Program-made: the position numbers and the translations under genes
Part shown: piece by piece, positions 1 through 12,400 of the stretch
How the letters are laid out: each line of letters opens with the position of its first letter
Position numbering within the stretch: the first letter of the stretch is position 1
Notes under the pieces: generated by a model
What the model saw: only the letters and a program-made list of their open reading frames with translations
The model's database searches: none
What the model was told of the DNA's origin: nothing
From: Yuukianura sp. NJ FZ-2021
Lineage: Eukaryota
Direction of reading: 5' to 3'
DNA: 64,000 bases
Assembly (NCBI GenBank): GCA_046563655.1
Contig: CM102289.1
Span: 6,386,001-6,450,000, forward strand

Positions 1-2040
1 GAACCAAGATAAAGTTGACGACATTGCTCGTCGTATCCATTCCAGCTTGAAGAATGTCTGCAAACAGTAGACCAAATTGGTCCTCTATAAAACAAGAGTT
101 GGACTTTCAAACAAGATTTAAAATTTATAGTCGATGGTATTTTTTTTTAATTGTTGTTTGTTACCAGTGCACAACGGATTTGTTTTTCCAGTTGCCACTT
201 CTTCGTCCATTTTTGCCAAAAAGTCGTCCGTAAAACACGTTGGATTTTTGGCATAATTTCCCGCTTTCCTTCTTTCTCTAAGGAAGTTCTAAACCAAGAA
301 TTCTTACTATATAATTCTCACCAGTCTTGTCATTGTAACTTTAGTAATTGAATAATGCGGTGGAATTAGAATACAAAGTTATTATATAATATATGTAGTA
401 ATATATAGTTTTGAGTTTACCAATGCATCTGCCCGAAGTGTATTGACTCCTCTCATTTGTGCATTATATCCAATAGCTTCTGGAAAAATGTGTATGAGAA
501 ACGGAAATGCAACCATGAGGCCTGCAGCAAAAGTTCCATTTCTGGCTACCTCATTTGAACTTTTGACCCAATTTTGAAGCACTTTGTCGTTGTAAGCATA
601 ACGCTGCCCTGTTATCCAAGTCGTCATGATGTTTGCAAAAGGTAAGTTGAAATAATCCGAATATATATGGAGGACTCGGTCACCGTTGGGCTGCGAATGT
701 GCATCCTCTTCCATAAATTTAACGAATTCAGTCAATTCGTCTATGAACATGTTGCGCATGATTTCTCTGTTGCCATAACCGTAATTCCGAAGAGTATTTC
801 GGCAAAATGAACGCGTTTCCGCCCATGCAACAGGGTCGGTGGAGAAAATTAGACCTTCAAAATTAAATCTTATGGACGTGTGTTATGCGTCTAATAAACA
901 GTAATCGTTAAATTTAGTAACCACGATAACCGAGCTTGTTTAGTTAGTAAAAGATGCAGACATCGACAAAAAGAAACGCCCTCATGGGTGGTGAAAAAGG
1001 ATCAGTGCAAATATGATCAAAAATAGTATGCACTTTCAAACAAACAAAATACTGACTCAAAGTTCGGTTGCCGTCGTCTGGGTTTTGTCAACAACTTTTT
1101 TGAGAATGCGACATTGAAATTGAAAAATGGTTTTGCTCAGCGTAGGAAGGTCGTACAATGACCTACAATATATCAAACTTTAGGAAAAGACTTGATCTAG
1201 CATCATGCCCGAGGAAATTACAAAAATTTAGTTCTATCTATGTAAAAATAGAGGTGGAATGTTTGGGTCAATTTTTTTCACAGTTAGAAGTAAAATTTTG
1301 TAATTTCCTCGGGCATGCTACTAGATCAAGTCTTTTCCTAAAGTTTGATATATTGTGGGTCATTGTATACGACCTTCCTACGCTGATCCAGACCATTTTT
1401 CATTTCATGAGTTACAGTCGCATTTTGACCCCCAGTTTCCAGGGTATTCGCGACCCTTATGAAAGAAAATTTAGATCAATAGCCAATGAGATCATACGAT
1501 TTCTTGTCACATGTCTCAATAAATACAAGCTGGATTTGAATCAGTTACCAATGTCCTTTCGTCCGAGATTTCTGTCCCATAAAACGCCGTTACAAAACCT
1601 TCCAAGGGCTTCATCTCTTGTAAAAATTGAACGTACTGCTTCATACGATGATAGTACGACTGTCAATTAACATGATACCATGATATGTACATAATATTCA
1701 CTTGTACTCTGGCGCCTGCGTCATAACACGTTTACCTGTATCAACCAATCCCATTTTGATACTCATGATGTCTCCATATTTCTGAGCCATTTGATGCAAA
1801 GCAATGTGTGCATCCTTAAACTGCATGCCAACCTGGATCAAATTTCCAAACGGAGGAATTCGAACGGGACCTAGAGAAAGTTAAATCCAAAAAATTAATC
1901 GTTCAAAATACATCGTAATTAAAACTTGATACAATTGAAGTATACCACTTACCAGGCGGTCGTCCACGTTCATTTTTGTTGTCAATGTAAAACAAAATTA
2001 GGTAAAGACCGACAAAAATTGTGGCTAAAACCAAAATCAT
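1..2040 (-). CDS. Cytochrome P450 no.1 (CYP2-clan-like), 3' end beyond window start
   Basis: ATG at 2040 gives MILVLATIFVGLYLILFYIDNKNERGRPPG|PVRIPPFGNLIQ (anchor plus Pro hinge). C-helix reads WAETR and I-helix QAGMDTTSN (about 25-50). Exons are about 2040-1953, 1870-1736, 1659-1550, 854-421, ~288-164 and ~86-1, with GT-AG introns. Confidence 0.9.
1104..1424. repeat. Long inverted repeat (palindromic, MITE-like insertion) in intron 3 of P450 no.1
   Basis: 1137-1236 (tcagcgtaggaaggtcgta...) is a near-perfect reverse complement of 1285-1386 (...tacgaccttcctacgctga). Weaker symmetry extends to ~1104/1424. This intron is ~690 nt against ~80-170 nt in the paralogs. No clear TSD. Confidence 0.8.
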
Positions 2041-3279
2041 TTTTGCACGTTAGTGGCTCAAAGTAGGTTTTCAGTACAACTAGCACCAAAAGCGCGAAAT
2101 AGTGTTGGTTAAAAGCTGCAATTTTTTTTTGCAAAACTGGATTCAGAAACCGCAAAAAAATCAACTCAGAGAATTTCATCATTGAAGTAAGTGGAAGGAC
2201 ATTTAAGTTATCAAAGCTTATCGACGCCTTCTGGCCCTATTATAGTTTTCAACATTTTATTTCGCACATTACCATTTCACACTAGTAAGATCGATCTTAA
2301 TATATACAGGCGTTGAAAATACGAATCCGATATAAAAACTAATTAAATGAAAGGAAAAATATTTTGTTCAAAAAATAAGTACCAAAAATTAGTGTAACAG
2401 TATGCCGAATTTTCCTTTTCTGCACGACCTTTCATTGGAACAATGACCTGGTTTGTTAATCTGGCTGGCGCGTGTAGTTTCTTAACTTCCTTCCGCATTT
2501 TAGTGGTTAAATTTTGGCCTAATCTTAAGAACTAATTAGTTTCAATTAATTATCTTCAATTCTTGGAAGCTGACGCTGAATAAACTATGCTCTTCCACAG
2601 AATAAGACATATTCAGTTACTGCGGTCGTAATTTCGAGCTTGGCGTTGTGTATTTCTCATAGTGTGAAATTAAGGAATATTTTCTTGTTTTCAAAGTGAG
2701 TGTTTTTTTAGTAGACTTAGAAAGTTTATAGTTGGGCTGGGCAAAAACAACTTGATCTTATTTAGCATACTTGATTTGTGTGCTGACCTTGGTTCGATAA
2801 TCCAGTCCATCTGACACACCAGTTTCCCAGTATTGGAATTTTTCGTATGTACCTTCTTATTCTTCAGAAAGTGGCTACAGTTTAGAAACAAGTGTTTCTC
2901 TCTTACTCGAAATGCTAATTGATGAAATTTTGAAAACCTGTTTTCGTGTTGCAGGAGTCATTGAAAAATTTTCCGTTGGAGAAAAGTAGCAAATGTCCCC
3001 TTCGTCGTATGCCGTATTACATTGTGCGATATAAACTTTTACGATTTAAACTGCAAGAGTGTCGTCGGAAAGACAAAAAACACAACTTCAGAAAGTAGTA
3101 TGATGAAAACCTGGCGTTGAATAATTGCCCTCGAGCATTTCCTGATTTTGACATTCCGAAAAGAAAACAACAGGTTATGAGTTACTTGTAACTTGTTACT
3201 TCCAGATGAGGTTCTCCAACCGTCTATACAAAAATTTGGAATATTGGTTTATTTTTAAATTTGAAAAATTTCCGAAAAA

Positions 3280-6200
3280 ATGAAAAGCCACTTTCACTTT
3301 TGCCACAGTGGTGAATTGTTCAATCCTGTGTGGTTTAACTATGGATTCTCACCATGTTTTTATGATACGTTCGCTCCAATTGTTACCCTCATTGTTGTCA
3401 CTGCCATTACGATTGTTTTGATTTCAAAACACAAAAGTTCAACTGGAAGTTCAGATCTTAATACATTGAGCAAATCACAGGTAAAGTTGTCAAATTCCAA
3501 ATTTTTCCAAGTTGTTTTGATTCCATAACTTTTCAAAATTTTAATTTCCTTTCAATTTCAGACATGGTTAGTTGAAGTCCTGTTGGTGGCAATAGTAATT
3601 GAAGTCGTCAATTACTTAGTCAGCGGTACACAAATACCTGGATCGTTGATCTTGAGCTCCTGTTTGGACTTTGTCTCTTACACAACTATCATTATCCTTC
3701 TCCGCCATAGTGGATCTCGCGCCAAAACGTTGTTCACGTCATCACTAGTGTCATTCTGGACATGGACTCTCATACGAGAAACTGGATCTCTTCTGCTGGT
3801 CAAAAGATCTTATTGGCTCTTCTCTCACCAATCAGTCGAGAATTCCATTGAGTTAAGTGTGTTCATAACTAGACTACTTCTTACCATTGTTGCACTTTGT
3901 ATCAGTGTACGTTTGCACAACCGCGAAAACCAAAGTGAAGGTGACCATTTCAAAAGTTCGTATGAGACGATAGATGGAAGTACTGGTGACGACGGAGATG
4001 ATGATCCAGAGGTTGGGCGTCGGTCTGGCGTCCATCCACAAGAGCTTAACGTAACTGTCCACAGTCTAAGGTCACTCATCGTCCAAGTCAAAGGGATACT
4101 GCCTTATATTTGGCCCAAGGGACACTTACTTCTTCAACTGAACGTATTCTTCTGTCTGGTTCTTCTGGTAGCCGGAAGAGTTGCAAATTTGTTTGTGCCA
4201 ATTTACAACGGGTACATCGGTAAGCTTCAAATTTGGTGGGAAATTTGTAGTTTAAGCCAAAATCGCCAAAAAATTTAAAACTTCCGCTTCAAACTAATGA
4301 CAAAAAAACCTAGAATCAACAACTTTTTTTGAGTTGCTCGGAAGCGTAATGTGACTTTTCTTTCCGCTGGTTCCACCCGATTATGTATCAGCCTAACAAA
4401 AAAAAATTGGCGCCAAATTTAAACTGATGTTTGATCTTTAGTTAACAGTCTGGGCGAGTCAAGTGACGACTGGGACGCTGATCACGAGTCAGATAATGAT
4501 GGATCAAAGTTCAGATGGGAATTGATACTTGTATGGCTTGGTCTAAAAGCACTTCAAGGTGGAATCGCTGGAACCAGCGGCATTCTCACTAACATTACAA
4601 CGTTTTTGTGGCTCTACGTCCAGCAGTATACAGCCAAGAAAGTAGAGGTAAGATGAGCTTGATCACACTAACCTAATTATTGAATTATTCGCGCTGACCT
4701 TTGACCTTTGGTTTACACTGTAGACTGAGTTTTTTGCTCATCTACACAGTCTCAGCCTACGATGGCACTACCAACGCAAAACAGGGGCAGTTTTGCGCTC
4801 AATGAACCGTGGAACCGACAGCATCAACAACATTCTGCAGTATTTGCTGTTTAACGTCATCCCCGCTGCCATCGACATTCTAATCGCCATAATTTTTTTC
4901 GCAGTTTCCTTCAATGGCATGTTTGCACTTATTGTTGCTCTAACGCTGATCTTGTACTTGGTCGTGTCCATTTGCACAACAAAATGGCGAACAAAGTACA
5001 ACCGAACTATGAATGCCGCTGACAACCTCAAAAATGAGAAAGGAGTCGACGGATTACTCAATTTTGAAACAGTGAAAAACTACGGAAATGAAGAGTTTGA
5101 GCAAGAAATGTACACTGCGTACATGGATATGTTCCAAACAGAAGAAGTCAAATTTACCGCCACCATGACTGCAATTGACATGGCACAGACGCTCATCATC
5201 AACTGTGGATTTTTAGCAGGGATTTTACTCTGCGCGCGCATGGTTGTGTCTCACCAAGGTCTCGATGTTGGTGACTACGTTTTGTTCAGTACGTACTTGA
5301 CCCAGTTATTTGAACCTTTGAGTAACATGGGTGTATACTACAAGTGAGCTACCTAAACAAAACTTAGTTCAAAATTTCAAGAATTATAAAATTTTGTATT
5401 TGCTAATGTTGTATTGTCAGAATTGTGCTCCGGCGTATTGTGGACATGGAAAACATGTTTCAAATTTTTAAAGAGGTTCCAGAAATTACTGATCCACCAG
5501 GAGCCCCTGACTTGGTGGTTACTCAAGGTCGGATTGAATTTCGTGATGTTAGTTTTGGATACACTCCTGATCGAAAAGTCATCAACAACGTATCATTTGT
5601 TGTTGAACCTGGACAGACTGTTGCCCTTGTAAGTACCAGAGTTTCAAAATTTGGAAATCAAGATCTGGAATTTTAATATTTTCAAAATTCGGAAAATGTA
5701 GGTAGGACCATCAGGTGGCGGCAAAACATCAATTGTCCGCCTCCTCCTGCATTACTTTAATATTGAATCTGGGCAAATTTTGATTGATGGACAAGACATA
5801 ACAAAGGTTACACAAAAATCACTGAGGAAAGCGGTCGGAGTAGTGCCCCAGGAAACGGTTTTGTTCAACGACACAATCAAGTAAAATTTTCAAATTTGTT
5901 TAAAATTTAAACTTCACATTTAATGTAAAGTTGTGATTGAAATTTGTAAATTTATAGGTACAATATTAAGTATGGCCGTGTTCGAGCTTCAGACGACGAA
6001 GTAGTAGAAGCTGCAAAGATAGCATGGATTCATGACAGAATTATATCGTTTCCTAAGAAGTATGACGCAGCGGTAAGATTAAAACACTGCAAAAATTCGG
6101 TTTTTTGAGACTTCATCGGAATTCAGAATTTTGTTTTTTAAAAACTTAGCATTTTGTTTTAAAAAGGTTGGAGAGCGTGGAATGAAGTTAAGCGGAGGAG

Positions 6201-6707
6201 AGAAGCAACGCGTTTCTATAGCTCGAACAATTCTAAAGAATCCAGCTATCATTCTTCTAGATGAAGTAAAAATGCAGTCTAAAATTTTCATTCCAAAGAA
6301 ATGAGTTGAAAAATCCAAAAATTTTCCTTTCAACCAACAGGCAACTTCATCTTTGGATACTGAAACGGAACGACAAATCCAGGGTTCACTTCAAGACCTT
6401 TGCAAAAATCGAACCTGTCTAATAGTTGCTCACAGACTGTCAACAATTGTGAATGCAGATGTGATTCATGTTCTAAAACATGGAGTCATTCGAGAATCTG
6501 GAACGTAAACACTCAATACACATACCACACAAATGATTTAAAATGAAAAAAATATCTATTTTTTTTTTAAATTTTTTGAAAAATATTAAATGTAGTCATG
6601 CAGAACTTATGAGACTCAGAGGAATTTATGCTCGGATGTGGGAAACTCAACTACTGGCAAATGGAGATGACTCCAGCGATGACCCAAATTCAAATGGTGA
6701 CGATTAA
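3280..6707 (+). CDS. ABCB6: ABCB6/HMT-1-like ABC half-transporter, copy A
   Basis: N-terminal TMD0 ([13 protein letters not shown]), [21 protein letters not shown], Walker A GPSGGGKT, signature LSGGEKQR, Walker B IILLDE|ATSSLD and H-loop AHRLSTI. Stop TAA at 6705-6707. Multi-exon. Confidence 0.9.
4695..4707 (-). promoter_or_regulatory. Consensus DR1 nuclear-receptor element in an intron of ABCB6 copy A
   Basis: tgacctttgacct reads AGGTCA-A-AGGTCA on the minus strand. Copy B has a one-mismatch version at 9670-9682. Function is untested. Confidence 0.45.
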
Positions 6708-7361
6708 ATTTTTTTGAAAAAGAAAAAAATTTCAACTAGAATAATTCAAAAGGAGCTTAAAATTGTTTTTTGTAAAGGAGGTACTACATTACAACTGTAA
6801 TGCATTACATGAAAATTAAAAAAAAAACTATGTACAAACGATAAAATCTTAAAAAATTGCCTGGGTATTTGATTTAAAATTGATGGCGAAATTTGTGCCA
6901 AATACATGTCCAAGGTCATAAAAAAGCAATTTCATATCACATTATATTCGGGACTGGTTGAACCTTGAACGCTGTGGTTCATAAAAACCAGTTTGGCAAT
7001 CAGTTGTCTTGCAAACTCAGTTTTCGCCGACGGTTATTTAATAGAATGAAAAACCAACTCGAATCTAATCGAAAGCAAAAAACATATTACAAAATCGGAA
7101 ATTTTTTTGAGTTACACAGAGTGGTGTTGTTTGTTGAGAATTGCATAACATTTGGTATAAAGTTACTAACCAACATATTCCAAGAAAATATTTTTAACGT
7201 CAATCCAAGGATAATTGAAGAAAAGTAGAGATTGTAACTTGTATATTGTTTCTAATTGATGCAAACCAGCATCACAAAAAATCTTAAAAACTCAAGTGCA
7301 CTTTATTTAAAAGAGAAAAAAATTGGGGTTACGTTGTTAGCCGTGGTTGTAAAATGCTGTG

Positions 7362-7448
7362 CTGACCTGTACCAAAAGCAAGATAGACTATTTCCTGTTT
7401 CGTAGGGTCAATGTTTCCCTGGAGGTCAATAAACCTTTCAGGTCGAAA
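7362..7448 (-). pseudogene. P450 exon-8 fragment left at the duplication junction
   Basis: Nearly identical to 12665-12750 of P450 no.2. Encodes FRPERFIDLQGNIDPTKQEIVYLAFGT followed by a donor site. The terminal exon is absent. Confidence 0.85.
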
Positions 7449-8245
7449 GCTGGCGCGTGTAGTTTCTTAACTTCCTTCCGCATTTTTAGCGGCTAATCTT
7501 AAGAACTAATTAGTTTCAATTAATTATCTTCAATTCATGGAAGCTTACGCTGTACAAACTATATCTTATACTCTTTCACAGAATAGGACATATTCAGCTA
7601 CTGCGGTCATAATTTCGAACTTGGCGTTGTGTATTTCTCATAGTGTGAAATTAAGGAATATTTGCTTGTTTTCAAAGTGAGTGTTTTTTTAATAGACTTA
7701 GAAAGTTTATAGTTGGGCTGGGCAAAAACAACTTGAGCTTATTTAGCATACTCGATCTGTATGCTGACCTTGGTTCGATAATCCAGTCCATCTGACACAC
7801 CAGTTTCCCAGTATTGGAATTTTTCGTATGTACCTTCTTATTCTTCAGAAAGTGGCTACAGTTTAGAAACAAGTGTTTCTCTCTTACTCAAAATGCTAAT
7901 TGATGAAATTTTGAAAACCTGTTTTCGTGTTGCAGGAGTCATAGAAAAATTTTCCGTTGGAGAAAAGTAGCAAATGTTCTCTTCGTCGTATACCACCAGA
8001 TTACATTCTACGATATTAAACTTCAAGAGTGTCGCCGGAAAGACAAAAAACACAACTTCAGAAAGTAGTATGATGAAAACCTGGCGTTGAATAATTGCCC
8101 TCGAGCATTTCCTGAGTTTGACATTCCAAAAAGAAAACAACAGGTTGTACTTGTGACTTGTCGCTTTTCCAATGAGGTTCTCCAATCCTCTATACAAAAA
8201 TTTAAAATATTGGTTTATTTTAGAATTTAAAAAAATTCCGAAAAA

Positions 8246-11200
8246 ATGAAAAGCCACTTTCACTTTTGCCATAGTGGTGAATTTTTCAACCCTGTGTGGT
8301 ATAACTATGGATTCTCACCATGTTTTTATGACACGTTCACTCCAATTGTTACCCTCATTGTTGTCACTGCCATTACGATTGTTTTGATTTCAAAACCTAA
8401 AAGTTCTCCCCGAAGTTCAGACCTTAATACGTTGAGCAAATCACAGGTAAAGTTTTCAAATTCCAAGTTTTTCCAGGGTATTTTGGTTGCAAAGCATTTC
8501 AAAATTTTAATTTCCTTGCAATTTCAGACATGGTTAGTTGAAGTCCTCTTGGTGACAATACTAATTGAAGTCGTCAATTACTTAGTCAGCGGTACACAAA
8601 TACCTGGATCGTTGATCTTGAGCTCCTGTTTGGATTTTGTCTCTTACACAACTATCATTATCCTTCTCCGCCACAGTGGATCTCGCGCCAAAACGTTGTT
8701 CACGTCATCACTAGTGTCATTCTGGACATGGACTCTCATACGAGAAACTGGATCTCTTCTGCTGGTCAAAAGATCTTATTGGCTCTTCGCTCACCAATCA
8801 GTCGAGAATTTCATTGCGTTAAGTGTGTTCATAACTAGACTACTTCTTACCATTGTTGCACTTTGTATCAGTGTACGTCTGTACAACCGCGAAAACCAAG
8901 GTGAAGGCGACCATTTCAAAAGTTCGTATGAGACGATAGATGGAAGTACTGGTGACGACGGAGATGATGATCCAGAAGTTGGGCGTCGCCCTTTCAATCC
9001 AGGAAAACTTAACGTAACTGTCTACAGTCTAAGGTCACTCATCGTCCAAGTGAAAGGGATACTGCCTTATATTTGGCCCCAGGGACACAAACTTCTTCAA
9101 CTGAACGTATTCTTCTGTCTGGTTCTTCTGGTAGCCGGAAGAGTTGCAAATTTGTTTGTGCCAATTTACAACGGGTACATCGGTAAGCTTCAAATTTGGC
9201 GGGAAATTTGTAGGTTAAGCCGAAATCGTCAAAAATTTCAAAACTTCCAGGCAAAGTTTTGAAACTAATGACCGAAAAAAAAAACCAGAAAGAGCAACTT
9301 CTCTTTTAGTTGCTCGGAAGCTTAACGTGACTTTTCTTTTCGCTGATTCCACCGGATTATCCATCCATCTAACAAAAGTGGCGCCAAATTTAAACTAATG
9401 TTTGATCTTTAGTTAACAGTCTGGGTGAGTCAAGTGAGAACTGGGATGCTGATGACGAATCAGATAATGAAGGGTCAAAGTTCAGATGGGAATTGATACT
9501 TGTATGGCTTGGTCTAAAAGCACTTCAAGGTGGAATCGCTGGAACCAGCGGCATTCTGACCAACATTACAACGTTTTTGTGGCTCTACGTCCAGCAGTAT
9601 ACAGCTAAGAAAGTAGAGGTAAGATGAGCTTTATTTAGTCTAACTTAGGTGGTAAATTACTGTTCCTGTTGACTTTTGACCTTTGGTTTACACTGTAGAC
9701 TGAGTTTTTTGCTCATCTACACCGTCTCAGCCTACGGTGGCACTACCAACGCAAAACAGGGGCAGTTTTGCGCTCACTGGAACGCGGAACCAACAGCATC
9801 AACAGCATCCTGCAGTATTTGCTGTTTAACGTCATTCCCGCTGCCATCGACATTTTAATCGCCATAATTTTTTTCGCAGTTTCCTTCAATGCCATATTTG
9901 CACTTATTGTTGCTCTAACGTTGATTTTGTACCTGGTCGTGTCCATTTGCACAACAAAATGGAGAACCAAGTACAACCGCACTATGAATGCCGCTGACAA
10001 CCTCAAAGAACAGAAAGGCGTCGACGGATTACTCAATTTTGAAACAGTGAAAAACTACGGAAATGAAGAGTTTGAACAAGAAATGTACACTGCGTACATG
10101 GATATGTTCCAAACAGAAGAAGTCAAATTTACCGCCACCATGACTGCAATTGACATGGCACAGTCGCTCATCATCAACTGTGGATTTTTAGCAGGGATTT
10201 TGCTCTGCGCGCGCATGGTTGTGTCTCACCAAGGTCTCGATGTTGGTGACTACGTTTTGTTTAGTACGTACTTGACCCAGTTATTTGAACCGCTGAGTAA
10301 CATGGGTGTGTACTACAAGTGAGCTACCTAAACAAAATATACTTCAAAATCCCAAAAATTAAAAAGTTATTACAATTGCTAATGTTGAATTGTTAGAGTT
10401 GTACTCCGCCGCATTGTGGACATGGAAAATATGTTTCAAATTTTTAAAGAAGTTCCAGAAATTACTGATCCACCAGGAGCCCCTGACTTGGTGGTTACTC
10501 AAGGTCGGATTGAATTTCGTGATGTTAACTTTGGATACATTCCTGAACGAAAAGTGCTCAACAACGTTTCATTTGTTGTTGAACCTGGACAAACTGTTGC
10601 CCTTGTAAGTACCAGAGTTTCAAAATTAGGTTCAAAATCAAAATCTGGAGTTTTAATATTTTCAAAATTTTGAAAATGTAGGTAGGACCATCAGGTGGCG
10701 GCAAAACATCAATTGTCCGCCTCCTCCTGCATTACTTTAATACTCAATCTGGGCAAATTTTGATTGATGGACAAGACATTACAAAGGTTACACAAAAATC
10801 ACTGAGGAAAGCGGTCGGAATAGTTCCACAGGAAACGGTTTTGTTCAACGACACAATCAAGTAAAATTTTGAAATTTGTTTAAATGTGAAGTTGTGATTG
10901 AAATTTGTAAATTTATAGGTACAATATTAAGTATGGCCATGTTCCAGCTTCAGACGGCGAAGTAGTAGAAGCTGCAAAGGTAGCATGGATTCATGAAAGA
11001 ATTATATCGTTCCCTAAAGAGTATGACGCAGTGGTAAGATTCAAAAAGCTTGAAAAATTCCGTTTTTTTAGACTTCATAAGAATTCAGAATTATGTTTTT
11101 TTAAAAATCTTGTATTTTGTTTTAAAAAGGTTGGAGAGCGTGGAATGAAGTTAAGTGGAGGAGAGAAACAACGCGTTTCCATTGCCCGAACAATTCTAAA

Positions 11201-11669
11201 GAATCCAGCTATCATTCTTCTAGATGAAGTAAAAATGCAGTCTAAAATTTTCATTCAAAAAAAAAATGAGTTGAAAAATCCAAAAATTTTCCTTTCAACC
11301 AATAGGCGACTTCATCTTTGGACACAGAAACGGAACGACAAATCCAGGGTTCCTTTCACGACCTTTGCAAAAATCGAACCTGTCTAATAGTTGCTCACAG
11401 ATTGTCAACAATTGTGAATGCAGATGTGATTCATGTTCTAAAACATGGAGTCATTCGAGAATCTGGAACGTAAACACTCAATACACAAATGACAAAAATG
11501 ATTTACAATGAAAACATTTCTAAGTTTAAAAAATTTGTTGAAAAATATTAATTTCAGTCATGCAGAACTTATGAACCTCAGAGGAATTTATGCTCGGATG
11601 TGGGAAGCTCAACTAATTGCAAATGGAGATGACTCCAGTGAAGACCCAAATTCAAATGGCGACGACTAA
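8246..11669 (+). CDS. ABCB6: ABCB6/HMT-1-like ABC half-transporter, copy B
   Basis: Same exon structure and motifs as copy A. Stop TAA at 11667-11669. Confidence 0.9.
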
Positions 11670-12400
11670 ATTTTTTCGAAAAAGAAAGAAGTTTCAATTA
11701 GAGTAATTCAAAGTGAGCTTAAAGGTGTTTGTTTTTCAAAAAGGAGTTAATTGAGATATTAGATGATGTTGTTTAAACGCAAAGTCATGTATTACAGCTT
11801 AATTAAATTGCAAAAAAAATTTTAAAAACTGGTGTAAAAATGCTTTGATGTGAGAATGATGAAATGTTAGCAAATTGTCTTGGTATTTGATTCAAAATTG
11901 ATTTCAAACTACTGCCAAATACAAGTTCCAAGGTCATAAGCAATTTCATACCACATTTATAATCGAGACTAGCTAAACTTTGTGGTTCCTAAAAACCACT
12001 TGGGCAAACAATTTTCTTGCAAACTCAGATTTCCTCGAATGTTGTTTAATAGAATGGAAAACACACTCAAATCTAGTCGAAAGTAAAAAATATTTTCGAA
12101 ATCGGAAATTTTTCGAGTTACACAGCATAGGGTTTTTTGTTGGAAACTGCATAATATTTGGTATAAATTTTACTTCCAACGTATTGCAAGAAAATAATTT
12201 CTAGGTCAATCTAAGGATAAGTAAATAAAAAGTAAGCGATAGTAATTTGTATATATTCGTGATTGACGAAAACCAGCCTCACAGAAATCTAAATAACATA
12301 AACCCAATTTCTCTTTAGTATCCAATTTTTGTTTCTTAAAACTTTGTGCTAACAATGGATTTAGAATTTTAGTTTAGTGAAGCGATTCCAAATCTCACTC

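Noticed and set aside
1158..1670. 170-aa plus-strand ORF
   Set aside because: It runs through the intronic palindrome and antisense to P450 exon 3, with no recognisable protein features.
7672..8272. Duplicated minus-strand ORFs upstream of ABCB6 (also 2691-2891)
   Set aside because: Their similarity is explained by the recent duplication. They have no domain and several use non-ATG starts.
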